Part shown: one piece after another, positions 1 through 13,099 of the stretch | Position numbering within the stretch: the first letter of the stretch is position 1 | Layout of the letters: the number at the start of each line of letters is the position of its first letter | Assembly (NCBI GenBank): GCA_035084275.1 | Contig: CM068744.1 | Coordinates: forward strand, 55,180,001-55,244,000 | From: Hydrolagus colliei | Lineage: Eukaryota | Direction of reading: 5' to 3' | Length of the DNA stretch: 64,000 bases | The notes under the pieces: generated by a model | What the model was told of the DNA's origin: nothing | Databases searched by the model: none | What the model saw: the letters and a program-made list of their open reading frames with translations, nothing else | Translations under genes and position numbers: made by a program

Positions 1-371
1 ATACAGTGGTAGGGAGTCTGTAAATGAAGCTGGTCTCTTCAGCATCAGCTTCCTGTTACTGAGACATGTTTGTCAGATTATGAGTCATTGCTGGAAACAC
101 ATCTACTACATTTCAGCACTCAGCCCAGCAGCAATGGCTATTCACTGATAGATCACTGAGCAATATAATATTGTACACCCTCACTATGATAAATCGGCTG
201 ATGCACCACAAAGGGTAAGAGGCCACAGAAATGTGCTTTACATGTGGAAACCACATGAATTATTAATGAATGTGACATTACTAATCATGTCAAAATACTG
301 AAGACTGATATCTAGGACGCATCTATGATGGTGTGTCACTTGTAGGTGCTTGAATTCTGGACACAGTATAA

Positions 372-579
372 AATAATAATAATCCTCGCATTTGATATAG
401 CACTTTTCACATCTTCCAGATGTCTCAAATCACTTCACAGAATATAATGTGAACTGAGCTGACTGTATATTTGTGGGCAAAACGCAGCAGCCATTTGCGC
501 ACAGCAGTGTACCACAAACAGTTGTGGATTAAAACGACCAATTAATTATTGTAGTTTTTTTCAACGGATTATTATCAGG
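372..579 (-). mobile_element. tRNA/Deu SINE family A (SINE2-1_CM-like), 3' part
   Basis: Reverse complement of the 28488 SINE body and tail (aataataatcctcgcatttgatatagcac...cacttcacagaatata...gttgtggattaaaacgacc). Confidence 0.85.
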
Positions 580-679
580 TATTTTATTCACTGCATAAAA
601 AACATGAGGCCATTTGTCACAAATAGTTTAAGAAGTTTCCCTCCCTCTCTCTGTCTCTCTCAGGTGATATAACTTAATG

Positions 680-900
680 GGGAATCCACCAGTGTGACAT
701 GAGAACTGGCTCCTTAAATTGAGCTACAGATAATGCCGAGCAGCTTACCTTATGGTTATGACCAAGGAGAAGGGAAGAGGCAATGAGACAAGGGTGACGA
801 TTGTAAAGAGCCTGGGTAAAGAGAAGAAAATTATAGCAAGTGGAATAATAGCAACAGCGGTGGGCTGAAGCTTTAGACTTGGCTGTGACCACAAATCAGT
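680..900 (-). mobile_element. Old L2-clade LINE RT fragment
   Basis: Minus strand reads YNRHPCLIASSLLLGHN, resembling degenerate L2 ORF2 sequence. Confidence 0.4.
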
Positions 901-963
901 CACAGTCAATCAGGCAATCTTATTCCCAGAGGCGCTGCTTCTCTGACAGTCACCAATGTGTGT

Positions 964-1003
964 CTCATAGGCTGTGTGTACTGCAGTACACACAGCCTAT
1001 GAG
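964..1003. repeat. Perfect 40-bp palindrome
   Basis: ctcataggctgtgtgtactg|cagtacacacagcctatgag is an exact reverse complement with no spacer. Confidence 0.97.
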
Positions 1004-1824
1004 CTGGAAGCCTACTGGTACGTTAATGGTGCATTAAAGGCCTAAAATTCCATCCAGCCTTAGCCTGTAAACTGTGTTAAAATTTGAAATTGCATGTAAT
1101 TCAGGAAAATTCTTAAGTTTAATTTTGATTTGGAAACCACTACTCTGCAAGTCTTGAAAACAAACTGCCATCCAAATTAACAATAACAACAACCTGCATT
1201 TATATAGCGCCCTCCAAGCAGGGTAGCATCTCAGAATGCTGATTTAAATTAAGTCAGAGTTTGAAAATTTTGCACAATTCTTATCTGGTCAAGGAAACAT
1301 CTCAAAGTGTTTCACAGGCTTTATGTACAACCCTATGTTTTTGTAGATTGTGTTTTTCAGGCTTACTGACTCTACCTAATGCTATTGCTCAGTGGTTTAT
1401 GCATTGTTCACAATAGAGTGTATTTACATCTGCAAACAATGGGGTCAAATCAGAGATATATTTAAAATTGTTCACATCAAATATACCTACATGGGCAGTA
1501 GGTAGATCCCTTAATATTGTTCCCAATGAAAACATCCACAAAGCTAGGATCGTGGGAATGGATTTGTGGCTTGCAGATTGCTCCATTCAAACACAAAATA
1601 GTGAGATACTAGTTCCTTTGAGGTTTTTGCTTAGTTGGTATCCTGCTAATCAGTGTAAAGGATACCTGTCTTGGAATCATAGATGCTGCCACTGAGGAAA
1701 ACATTGGTGGTCTGCCTCCGGCACATTTGATGTGCTAAGTATTGAATTTATTGCTAAATTGACCCCAGGTGTAGTAATTGTGCTATGCCAGCCTTCATGT
1801 TCCAGTTCACACCCATATTTCAAT

Positions 1825-1940
1825 CATGTTTTGCCAACAAAGTATAGTCAATGCACTTTACAGTATACTCTGTGAAGCGTTATAAGACATCTCGACGAAG
1901 TGATCAAGCTGCTATATCACATTCAAGGATTATTATTATT
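1825..1940 (+). mobile_element. SINE family A, 3' fragment
   Basis: cactttacagtatactctgtgaagcg...caaggattattattatt tail. Confidence 0.8.
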
Positions 1941-2564
1941 ACGACACAATATTAAAAGTAGTCTGCATTAACCACAAAGAACATTAACTAAATGCCAAAA
2001 ATAATTATTTACAAAACTCTTCAGTCTCACAGCACCTATTTGTGTATGTGATCTTTGCAGTTTACAAACAGCTTGCACACACTCAGGGAGGCTCAAAGCT
2101 CCAGTTCAGGCTGGGAAACAATTTATATTCATTGGGAATACCAAGTAGCACATTGTCTTGTGTGACTCTCTGAGCCAGAGTTAACACTGCACTTGACAGG
2201 CTTTGTAATCTGTTTTCACCCATGTTTGCCATCTATTTTTAATGGCAATTATAGTCTTGAGTTTTTCCATCCTGTTTTGTTAATTTTAGGGAATCACTAA
2301 TATGCTAAAGTGCATTTCATTTAATGTTATGTCTTTCTCTCTCGTGGACACATGTGCTTATGAAAAATGTACTTTGACAACATTCAAATTTTACCCCCCA
2401 AAGTTATAGAGCTCCCTGCTTTATCCCTCTTTTTCATACCCTCTCTATCTGTCTTGATGTCCTGCCTTAAAACCTATCTGTTTGCCTATGCCAATGACAT
2501 TCTCTTCTTTCTTTCCACTTTCACTCCATTTCATGCTTGGTATCAAGCTCCAACTTTGCAGGCA

Positions 2565-2697
2565 TCCAAAATGGTATCCTACGTTTCGACCACACAATAT
2601 ACAGTCAATTCACTCTGCAGTATATTCTGTGAAGCACCTTGAGACGTCTAGAAGATGTGATAAGGTGCTATATCAAATGCAAGGATTATTATTATAA
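2565..2697 (+). mobile_element. SINE family A, 3' fragment
   Basis: cagtcaattcactctgcagtatattctgtgaagcac...atcaaatgcaaggattattatt. Confidence 0.85.
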
Positions 2698-3929
2698 TTA
2701 CTTGATGTGCCTATATAAATGCTGAATGTATAGGAAAATCAGTGATTTTACATGAGAGATATGAAAGGTCAAAATGTTTTATACATATATTTTAATACAC
2801 CTGCACATACACACTCAAAAAGCAAAATAAACTGTGACTGCATAGATTGTTGATTGATGAATATATTTGTAGCTATAAAAGAAACAGAGAATGTTAGAAT
2901 ATAGTCAAGGTACCTTTTTCTCAAGCAGGTGTGTCTATGAGAAATAAAGACATAACAAAATCCACAATGCACAGTTTGGATCCAAATTACTGACTGTCCG
3001 GCACCTTCGGACATCCTCCCAATGTGAAAGGTGCTATACAAATTTTGTATAGCACCATTTTGTAATTTTGTTCTTGTTTAGTTGAAGGTACCAGTTGTAG
3101 TTTGTTAAATGGAACAAAATCTAGCATAGCACTCTAGCTGAGAGCTGAAGCTATAAAGGATCAATTTTAGTTCAAACTGCTGCTTACAGCCCTGGGAACG
3201 GATGGGAAGTTTATGCAAATTTATGCTTGAGTCAACCTTGGTTTTCATAGAGTTACCATTTCCCAATTTGTAATGGAGGAAAACTTTGAATCAGCCAAGA
3301 TTCATACCCTTGGTTTTTGTATTTACAGCTCGCTCTGTTTTAAATGTAAATTCAGCACTTTACACATACTGTTGCATGCAAATTAATTTTATAAAACAAT
3401 AAAGGGATATGAAACTTTATTTATTGAGAGTAATGAAAATGTACACTATGGATTACAAAATGCTGATTGGTATGAAAAGTTAGATTTTTCCTACTGTTAA
3501 CACTCAGCAGCTTGTAGTTATAAAGTGCATATTTTCTCTGAGGTCATGTCTTTGAAAAGCCTGGATTGAAAAGGTGATACCATCTTTAGAAAAGCTTAAT
3601 GGATGTAAAGAAATGAGAGACACAGAAGCCTGTTGCCGTTGAGTGTAAAATGACTACATTCTAGAGTGATGGAATATGGATCTATTGCGTTCACTCTTTG
3701 TGGCTGAGAGAAGGTTGATGAACGGTGAAGCTCACCTGCAAAAATATCAGGTAGAAATGCAATCAGGGACAGAGGAAAAACAATAGAACAAGAAATGGAG
3801 AATGTTAAATACAAAAAACAGAATATTAAGGAAAAAATCTTCTTGTTTCCTCGAACATTTGCAATTTGAAGTAACATATGTGTAATTTTTTTTCTGTGGA
3901 AAACGGATGAGTAGGATAGGAGGAAGGTG

Positions 3930-4670
3930 AATACAAAGTTTGAATTAACTCCAGTTCCTCACTCAAATCACCACTCTTCTCATTTGAGCACAGACCATAA
4001 TTTTGAATATAATTTTCAACCAAAGAGGAAAAGGGGAAGGGAGCATTGCATCCAAGCCATATTCTGTCATTTACAATGTCCTGAACTGCGTGATTCCCAT
4101 CATAGATCACTAGATAGTGATCAGGAATAGGATCAATATCTTAGGATCATTCTGGAGTCTGACAAGAGAGCACATGCATCGCCAATCTTAAGTGTATCCA
4201 AACTATAAGAATTTAACAATGCATCCCATCGACATAGGGACATTTCCCCAAAGTATCTGGATTGGAATAAGCACTCTCTGCCTGCATGGATGCATCTTGC
4301 TTGCCTATGTCTAGTGAGCATTAGATGCGCATTGACAGGAGCCAAGGCTGTGGACCCCAGAATGGAGTCTAACCAACTAAAAACACAGGTTTGCACTGCA
4401 AACACGGTCTGGCAAGTTTCACTCTGTTTATCCAGCTGGGACCACCCTATGAATTATGGCTTTTGGGGTTAATGAGAAGAATCCTTGCCTCAGTCCACTT
4501 TTTAAAATCTTATTGATGAGCCAGTCTAGCTAGTTTGTCATCAACAGTGCCCCGAGTATTGTAGATCTGCCAGCCTCGTAAACCAAATTACCCTGAATAT
4601 CAAAGAGAATTGATTCATTTCCATTGGCACATATTATTGGAAACAGCTCCATCCCAAGGGCCCCATCCTT
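3930..4670 (+). mobile_element. Decayed DIRS-like retrotransposon relic (RT to MT-like region)
   Basis: Broken frames give HLQCPELR..RS..Q..YLRIILES (cf. HLQ.LGL..KS.L..Q..FLG..LDS), SSWDHPMN (cf. L.WW..P.N) and PSIVDLPAS*TKLP (cf. P.VDLFAS..N.KLP). Confidence 0.5.
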
Positions 4671-5142
4671 TCCACCCCACTCCCAACTCCCCAGGAAGTT
4701 AGTTGGCAGAGACAGGAACAAGAAGAGGAAAAGAAGACAAAGGAAATTGCTTACACTGGCCATTAAAACTGAACATGCTGGATGATGCTTACAGATGGAA
4801 ATAAGGATTATTATTATTATGTATTACACTGGGACATTTCATCAACTCACAGAGAGGACGCATCTCTGTGACCTGCTTTTCCATTGTTCTGCTCATGTCC
4901 CCTGCTTGACGAACTCATTGGTGGCAACGCCTCCAGCTACTACGCCACTAATCATTCAAAAGTTTGGGAAATTACCCCTTCTATCTCTCCATCTCTGTTC
5001 TCCACCAACAACCCCCACCCCCGCCCCTCACCGACACACACACACACCCTCTATTTATCTCATTTTAATTTAACCCTTTGCCCACCTTCCTCCTACTGGT
5101 TGGCTCTCGGCAGCACCCACTAACCTCAGACTGACAGTATTC

Positions 5143-5930
5143 GGGACCCGCCAATGATGGAGCAGGTGAGGCGGGGGATTTACAGCAGGTAGGACACCTG
5201 CTGAGTGGAGGGAACAGGCAGGTTGATAATGGTTAACAGGTCACAGAGATAGGGGGGAGCGAGACCATGGAGGGTTTTGAAGGTGAGTATCAGGATCTTG
5301 AATCGTATCCTCTGTGTGATGGGAAGTCAGTGGAGTCAAACGATGTTGGGGGTAATATGGTCATGGAGCCTAGTGAGGGAGAGGATACAGACTGCAGAAT
5401 TCTGGATCTGCAGCCCATGGAGAGAGGATTTGGGGAGGCTGACAAACATGGAGTTTGCATAGTCAAACCTGGATTTTATGAATTAATGTATGAGAGATTC
5501 AGCAACCTGCAGTGTAAGACAGTGGCAGAGCCAGGCAATGTTGCGGAGGTGGGAGAAAGCAGAGCAGGTCATGGCACAGATGTGGGGTAGAAAGGATTCA
5601 GGGTCAGACAACATGCCAAGGTTCTGAACTGCCTCAGTGAGATGGGGGTGTATCCATGGATGGTGATGCTGTCAGCATTTGAGATGCAGAGGCTCTGACA
5701 GAAGCCAATCAGGAGGGCCTTGCTCTTGTTGATGTTCAACTGAAGAAAGTTTGTTCGCATCCAGAAATTGATGTCTGACAGACATTCTGTCAAAATAACA
5801 GTGGTCCAGGAGTCAAAGGTGGAGGCAGAGAGAAACGGTTGGGTGTAATCCGTGTACATGTGGAAGTTGACCCCATGTCTGCGGATGATGTCACCAAGAG
5901 GGAGCATGTAGATGTGGAAGAGGATGGTCC
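5143..5930 (-). mobile_element. L2-clade LINE RT fragment (inverted 5' part)
   Basis: ORF 5569-6030 gives [32 protein letters not shown]; continues in broken frames to HGLAP and IIGG. Confidence 0.9.
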
Positions 5931-6120
5931 CCTCTTGTTCAAGTCCTGTCTGAAGACCTTCTTCTTCAATCATTCCTTTGGCCACCCTTCCTCCCCCATC
6001 TCCAAAGCCCTCCTCCCCTTTTGATGCCAATTACCAGCTTGGGTCAAATACCCCTGATTGCCCAGCACTCTGGAACATCTTTCCAATGTGTAAGTAGAAT
6101 TTGTTGGTGTTATTGCTGTT
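5931..6120 (+). mobile_element. L2 3' end with degenerate (TTG)n tail
   Basis: FKSCLKTFFFNHSF, pyrimidine-rich 3'UTR, ttgttggtgttattgctgtt. Confidence 0.8.
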
Positions 6121-7629
6121 GGTCTCTTGGTGCTGTACGAATGCAATTTGTTGTAATTAGAAACCAAAATAATCAGTTTGATAGTTTGCACAAAGCCATT
6201 AAGTGGAGTCATGTATCGATCACATATATCCCATTGTTTAATATAAATGATTAGTTTTATTTCCAACCACTGCACAGGAGCAATTGATTGTTATATTTTG
6301 ATCCTTACACTCGAGAGCTGTGCTTTAACTTTAACTATTTTATGTGTGTGACCGTCCTAAATTATCTGGATCATTATTTTAACATTGTAGAAGTAACATA
6401 AGGATGAAGAAAGGAAACGGATGTTTGCTGTTTTCAAACGAGCATTCACAAGTATAAGACATCAAAGTACGACTTGTTTTATCTGTTCAGTGGTTACAGA
6501 TTACAATGCCAATTTCCAAATTTAGCTGCATTTGCAGACAATATTGGATACAATATAGGCTCCCTTAGGATGACATCTATATTTAGCAGCATCTGTAGAC
6601 AATATAGGATAGTATTAATCCTTATAATGTGTGTTACAAAAATCAGCTAACTACACATACTTGTATTGTCATGGGATATTTACCCTGTGGGTTATTCATT
6701 GCAGATCTATGTTCCCTTGAGGCAAAATGCCTTTTCTGAGTCTTTCTAGGAATCAAAAGAACTTTGGTCTTGGTGAATATACCATTGTCAAAAGGTTTAC
6801 ATCATCTTAGTCTCCAGTGTCTTGGTATGTTCTCCAGTGCCCTAGGATGTCTTCCCGATATGAAAGACGTTATACAAATAAAATGTTATTGTTGTTGTTC
6901 CCCCAAAACCACTGTATTTTAGAGTGTGAATTGCATAGCAATTGGATTGTGAGTGGAACCTCAGTCTGAAACTATCTTAATAAAAAGCTAAGGGAAAAAA
7001 GGTTAATCTGTCTGTAACAATAATCTTCTTTTATCCATACTAATAAAATAACCAATTCTGTCTGCTCTTCAAGAAGGATCTCAATAACCAATTGATGTAG
7101 ACACATGGTTTAAACCTCATTGGAATGGTCTTGCATCTGGGAGTGACAAGGGGATTTTTTTTTCCCAGTATTGTCTATTGTTCATGGGTTATTTTCAGTT
7201 CTGCATTTTGCACTGCAGTTACACCTAGTGGCCATCCATTCAAACTAGCGCTGTGGCACAGATCCTCTACGTATGTATGCATGCACTGCAGTTACATCGG
7301 ATGGCCATGCCGGCTGACTGTGGCTTTGTGGCAACCTGGGTCACAGAGCATGCACGTAGCTAAGCGGCGGGAATAAAATAAAGAACACATATGCAGCTAA
7401 GCCACAGCGACAACAAGAAAATTACATCTTTAAAACACCAAATCCTCCCACTGAATCCTCCCAAAAGGAATCCCCCCACAGGAATCCTCCCAGATGAGCA
7501 CAGATAAAGCTGAAATATCTAACTGTATGTGTGTCAATCTACCTTCCATTTTGCATTCTTTAGGTGCAAGCAAAGCTGCAACAGGTACAGTTAGTTTTAA
7601 AATAATAAAAAAATACAAACAAGGGGTCT

Positions 7630-7890
7630 TTCCAGGCTTGTATTCCATCTCACACCCCTGGAATTCCATCCCACATTCCCTCCGTCTTGTCCCCTCCCTA
7701 GCTTCCTTCAAGTTACCCCCTCAAGACCCTCCTCTTCAATGGTCCCATCAGTCACCCCAAATCCCCTCCTTTCCCTCCATCCTCCCCATTCCCAACCCCA
7801 GCTCGGACCTGAAACATTGACTATCTAGGGCCTTATCATGTCCTCCTGACATGAAAAATGCTATACAAGTGTAATTTTGTTGTTGTTGTT
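7630..7890 (+). mobile_element. L2 3' fragment
   Basis: PWNSIPHSLRLVPSLASFK, then gacatgaaaaatgctatacaagtgtaattttgttgttgttg tail. Confidence 0.85.
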
Positions 7891-10121
7891 TAAATTTCAC
7901 TCATAAATATTTGCATGTGATAATGTACCTGTAACAGCAAAATATCTTGAAGAGTTTCACATGTAAACACTGTCAAGTGTATTAACTGTATTTGTAGACA
8001 CACATGGCAGCTAATTTGCACACTGCAAGCAATTATGAAGTGAATGATCGGTTTATGTGGAGGATTGTTGGACAGGAGAAGATTGGAATTCCTTACTTAT
8101 CAGAGATAAATGTCTGTTTGATTTTTCAGGTTAAACTTTAGTCCAAATGAAGCACTGTACTGTTATTTGCATACTTTGCACAATAGTTTGGTGAGAATTT
8201 CTACTGACAAAACAAACATGTATTGAATAACAAAATATGCTAAAGCAAGAACTGTGCTGACATAAATTCTTCTTGATGCAGTGAAGAAAATACTGAATTG
8301 CCATTACAAGAACAGTATTGAATAGCATACAATCCTACAGAACAAATAAAGTCAAAAAGCATCAGCTTGAACATATACAAATAGTCATTATCATTTTCAA
8401 CTGATACAATAGAGCTAAATTGGAAACTAGGCTACATAGGAATCTCAAATTTAATTCCATGTTTAAGATGAATTAACTGGTCTCAACTGGGTACAATAAT
8501 ATGATTGTAAAATTGGTCTTAGAGTCCCTGACCTATGAAAAAAATAACTGCAACCTACCTGCAGTTGAGAAATTCCACCAGGGCCTGGATTTATTCTATT
8601 CATCTTATATTTAAAATCAGTTTTCTGCATATCTTAAAAGACTTACAGAAAACTGGTTTGAAAATTCAGGCTGTATTTAACAAATTGCCAATTTCTGCCT
8701 GACCTGAAAAGCTAAGAAGAGTCTAATAGGTCAAGTGTGGTGTAGGTGTAGGTCAAGTGGATGTAGCCTTTCTCATTGGAGTTATACAGTAACACCCCAC
8801 TTAATCCCCTAAAAGTGAATATCTGGTGAGGACAATGTGGAGTTTGACTGAGAGTAATACATTTTCCTTTCTCTCTTTGAGAATCACAGAGTAAGGTTCA
8901 GGGATTAACGATACAAAATAGACATATAGATGGGGAAAATTAAATCACAATTTTTAACTGATTGAGACAGAAATCCCTTTCCTCAGGGATGGGATTTGAG
9001 CTATCCCAAGAGACTCAAGTGTCCCTACAGTCAATGATCATTCAGAAGAGTTTATATGAAATATGTGAGCTGCCATCCCATGAATGTGACATATACAAAA
9101 ATGAAAGTGTAGAAAACCACCAAAGCCACTTAACTGGTACAAATAAAAATAAATTACTCCCTCTTTTCAGAGATACACATTGTTCGAAGAGGTATTGAAA
9201 GGTTCAAATAAAGCTCATGTACAAAGCTCTAGTTCATATTTCATAGTTCACAGCCAGCATCTGGGTCCCGAGACTAGATTATAATAGGAATGCTCAATAC
9301 TAATGTGACAGGGATCAGATGAAGATTTTCAAAGCCAGGATCCAGAATAGAATATACAGATCTAAAGATGCAGAAGGTTTGAAGGTGAAGCACTCTGTAA
9401 CACTAACATGCAGTGCCACCGAGTGGTAGGAGATAGATTCACAACTGTGACCTTCCACAGAACGATCTCAACTGCATCACTGAGGGTACATTTTCAGTTA
9501 GATGCACACATCTTTTGTGCATTCTTTCCTGTCCACATTACATTGACGTAGATTCACTTTACCACCACTCTTCTTCCATTTTATTTAACTCTTCCCCCAT
9601 GTGTTCCATTGTGATCCTATCTCCTTATCTGTCTATCTGCGTGACAGAGAGAGGGGTTGATGTACATTGAGACAAAGAGAAAAAGAGATGGAGAGAGTTA
9701 TGTTTGATTATTTATTATGTTGTACATTAAATACTTCACATGACATTTAATATAACTCAAAGAACATAAATATTTAGTGGATGTTCTATCACCTCTTCAA
9801 GTATCAGGCAGATTATTAACAATCAATTATTTAAACATTGCAACATCTGTTAAATACCAAAAGTCACAACAATCTATAACAGCTAAATGGTTATATAATA
9901 ATATATAATAAATAATATAATAACATATCCTAGGTTAGAATTATATATATAGCAATATATCCAAGGTCATGCTAGTATTACAATTTTTGATGTATTTCAT
10001 TGCCATCTATAATATAATATAATATTGATTCCAGTATATATTGATACAGTATATATGATCTTTCAAGTAGCAAACATAAAACAAGCAGCTTTGAAAAAGT
10101 GGGATATGGAAAGAAATCAAG

Positions 10122-10880
10122 AACAACAACTTGTATTTACAACAAGTTGTAAATTGTGTACCAAATGCACTTGTATAGTGCTTTTCAGGTCAGGAGGATG
10201 TCCCTAGGCACTGGACAATCAATGTTTAAGACCCGAGCTGGGGTCGGGAATGGGGAGGGTGGAGGGAAAGGAGAGGATTTGGGGTGACCAATGGGACGTT
10301 GAAGAGCAGGGTTTTGTGGCGGGATTTGAAGGACACTGGGAGGAGGTGAGGCAGAGAAACAGTGAGATGGAGTTCTAGAGGTTAGGAGTGTTTGAAGGTC
10401 ACCTGGCTTTGGTGGGGTGAGTGAGTCAGGTGAAATGCAGCAGGCAGGAGCTTGTTGAGTGGAGGAGGTAGGCAAGTTGGTAGGGTTTGGAAGGTGTCAT
10501 TAGAAACTTTGACCAGGGTTGTCTCAATACTATGGGCAGCATGGAAACTGGATTGTAGGGATCCAAAGAGTGAATTGCGAGAGAGAAAGGAGCGAAGCTA
10601 GGAAGCAACGACTTGTTCCAGGGCCTTAGAGAGGAATGGGAGGTTGGAGATGGGATGGTAGTTGGAGAGTAGGGATGGGTCCAGCAAAGGTTTATTCAAG
10701 ATGGGTGTGATGACAGGCTGTTTTAGAAGGGTGGAAACAGTGGATAGGGAGAGGTTGATGATGTCAGTTAAGAGGGGAGCTAGCAACTGCAAGTGGTGCT
10801 GGAAGATGAGGAGAGAGGTGGGGATGGGGTAGGGGGAGCAGGTGGTGGGTTTCATTTTCCAAATGAAATCCATATTTATG
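10122..10880 (-). mobile_element. L2 fragment, internally deleted
   Basis: caacaac tail at left; ORF 10598-10897 gives LLTDIINLSL..ITPILNKPLLDP..NYHPISNLPFLSKALEQVV. Confidence 0.85.
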
Positions 10881-11069
10881 TAGCGCCCTTCATCCACTTT
10901 GTCTTGTCCTGTCTCTTTCTGTCTTTAAGTTGTCTCCTCAAATCCTACCTCTTCAAATACACTGATGGCCTGTTACCTTCAAGACCCCACTCTCTTGCTC
11001 AGCATTCAACCTCATCCCATTAAACACATTACTCTACATGAAGAGTGCTAAATGAAATTTGTTGTGCTA

Positions 11070-12530
11070 CTGTAATGTTATCAATGCTACACAACCTGAG
11101 TTCTGATACATTGATGTCTAATTTGCAGGGTAGGCTAACAATCTATGTGCAAAATTTATAGATAAGTTTCACCTTGTGCAAACACATATGTGCCCTGATT
11201 CGTATCACAATTTATGGACCACGTTTTAAATCAGTGCCCACTTCAATCGTTTGCCAGCAGCATCTCAGAATTACAACAAACCACTTCTGAAGTTACCTAC
11301 CAGTTCACCAATCTGTACTTACTTGAATGTTACTAATCACCATATGAAAGAAAAATAAATGGAATGGATCAGAGGTGAGTGTACAATCCTTTACATTACT
11401 TTTTGGATAAGGGAAATCTGTATTCTTACACACATTTCCCACATGGGCTGTTTGGGTAACCTGTAAATTTATCAACAATGTTGCATCATTGGCACAATTA
11501 ATTTTAACCCCACTGTGGTACCACTGCTGAATAAATAAAAGTCCCTTCTGGGTAAACGGTAAGTCTTATAATATCATTTGGTTTCATAAATGGTGCCGAG
11601 CCAACAAAGCACATCATAATTGAATTTAGCCTGCTTGACTGAACCTTTACGGAATAATTTATTTAACTGAATCCAATATGGTGGGAGAGGAGCACATTGT
11701 ATTGACTTGATATGTATGACTAGCTCAATTAGGATCCACAAACCCATTTGCTAACAGTTTCCTTTTGAAACAATTATCTGGGATCTTCAGGAAACAAATT
11801 GGGAAATTGATGTGTCTGCAGTGGTCAAGAAAGTGCTTGTCAAGAAAATCCTGACTCCGTTGTCAATGTCTAATCACTGATATTGTAAATAAATTCAATC
11901 TGACAGTGCCCACTACTTAAAACTCCCAGAGGAAGCAACCATCCTTGCTATCAAACACAATGACTCGGAAAATCAGCTTTGAATAAAATATTTAATTCAT
12001 TATGATCTCAGAGGAGCTTGTTCAGACCATGTTGGAAATGGATCCAAAGCTTATAGATTTAGTTACCTCATTGTGGATGTCAATTCCAGGATCTATTGTT
12101 CATTACCTATCAATCTAAACAGGCTGGCTTGACCAGTACTTATCAATATTTTATTTGGTGCTTGCACATCATCTTCAGTCCAAATTGTTACAACTTGCCT
12201 GGTGTTATCAAATAGTTTCCAGTAGTTCAATCTCTGCGCTCTCTAACAGCCTCTCGGGGAGTATCTTTTTAATTGTAGCCTGAGCTGAAAACAAGTTAGA
12301 AGAATTCTAACAATTAGCCTAATTGTGATTCATCTTTAAGCCCGTGTTCTTCTCTTTCAAACCATTATGATGTACTTCTAGGTGAATGTTCACACTTATC
12401 AAGGTGAGGGATGTCAATGCTGGCAGATGGAATACTTCTCCATACCTCGTCTTGCATCAGCAGGTCAAATAGTGCATCCTTTACCTCGGAGTAAGCCCTG
12501 TGCTGTGTCAATATTAAACTTGGTATTTGA
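11070..12530 (+). mobile_element. Decayed DIRS-like relic (RT thumb, RNase H, MT-like, start of YR ORF)
   Basis: Colinear motifs: CQQHLRITTNHF (ARLHLRPLQ), ILTHISHMGCLGNL (ITTDAS..GWGAHL), TINF..VVPLLNK*KSLLGKR*VL (HIN.LEL.AV..L.GK.VL), NWEIDVSA (PEIDLFA), HHLQSKLLQLAWC (HP..L.L.AW). Confidence 0.55.
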
Positions 12531-12549
12531 CATCTATAATGTCAGGCAT

Positions 12550-12650
12550 AGAAAAACTTACTGTGATTGCTGGAAATCTGAAATAAAGACAGAAAACCTG
12601 AAGCAGGTCATTCGGTAACTGAATAAGAAAAATAGGTTAGAGTTGCAGTT
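12550..12650 (+). mobile_element. Penelope-type terminal repeat fragment
   Basis: actgtgattgctggaaatctgaaataaagacagaaaac, same family as 29162. Confidence 0.55.
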
Positions 12651-12684
12651 ATAATGAAAGTTTAAACTCCAAATATATCATTTC

Positions 12685-12935
12685 TAAGTGGCCATTTTTC
12701 ATGTGTGAACTGCGTTCATGTGAATTGACTGGGGAGTGGGTGGGGGAGACGGTATCATTGCCACGACTGATGTTTTCTTCATTCAATATTCATTCAAGTG
12801 GACTTTGGAGCAGTGGCCCCTGGATAGCGATTAGCAGATACAGAAACCCTGACTGATTTATTTCCCTTCCTAACCCAAGAGTCTCCAAGGCCAATTGTAG
12901 TGTTCTGGCTGAGATCAGCTAACTCAGAATTAGAG
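12685..12935 (-). mobile_element. Ancient SINE family C (AmnSINE2-like, from memory)
   Basis: aagtggccatttttcatgtgtga...ctggatagcgat...ggccaattgtag...gctgagatcagctaactcag. Confidence 0.6.
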
Positions 12936-13099
12936 CCACATACACATAGTCTGTGAAGTAAAGCCCCATTCTTTATATATATTAGATATATATATTCTTT
13001 TAACTTTCTATTGCCTGGATCTATTGTATCTTTAATTCAATTAACAAGTGTTGAAAAACTGCAGCCAGTCTCATTTGTTGTTCACTGTACAGAGTTCTG

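Noticed and set aside
3826-4020. Penelope-like minus-strand peptide (LCS..LSEELELI..SYP)
   Set aside because: Short, and overlaps a longer plus-strand DIRS-like reading; probably chance
11323-11460. Possible 138-nt minus-strand exon (ag...gtaagt, open frame)
   Set aside because: Weak polypyrimidine tract, unrecognisable peptide, and antisense to a transposon relic
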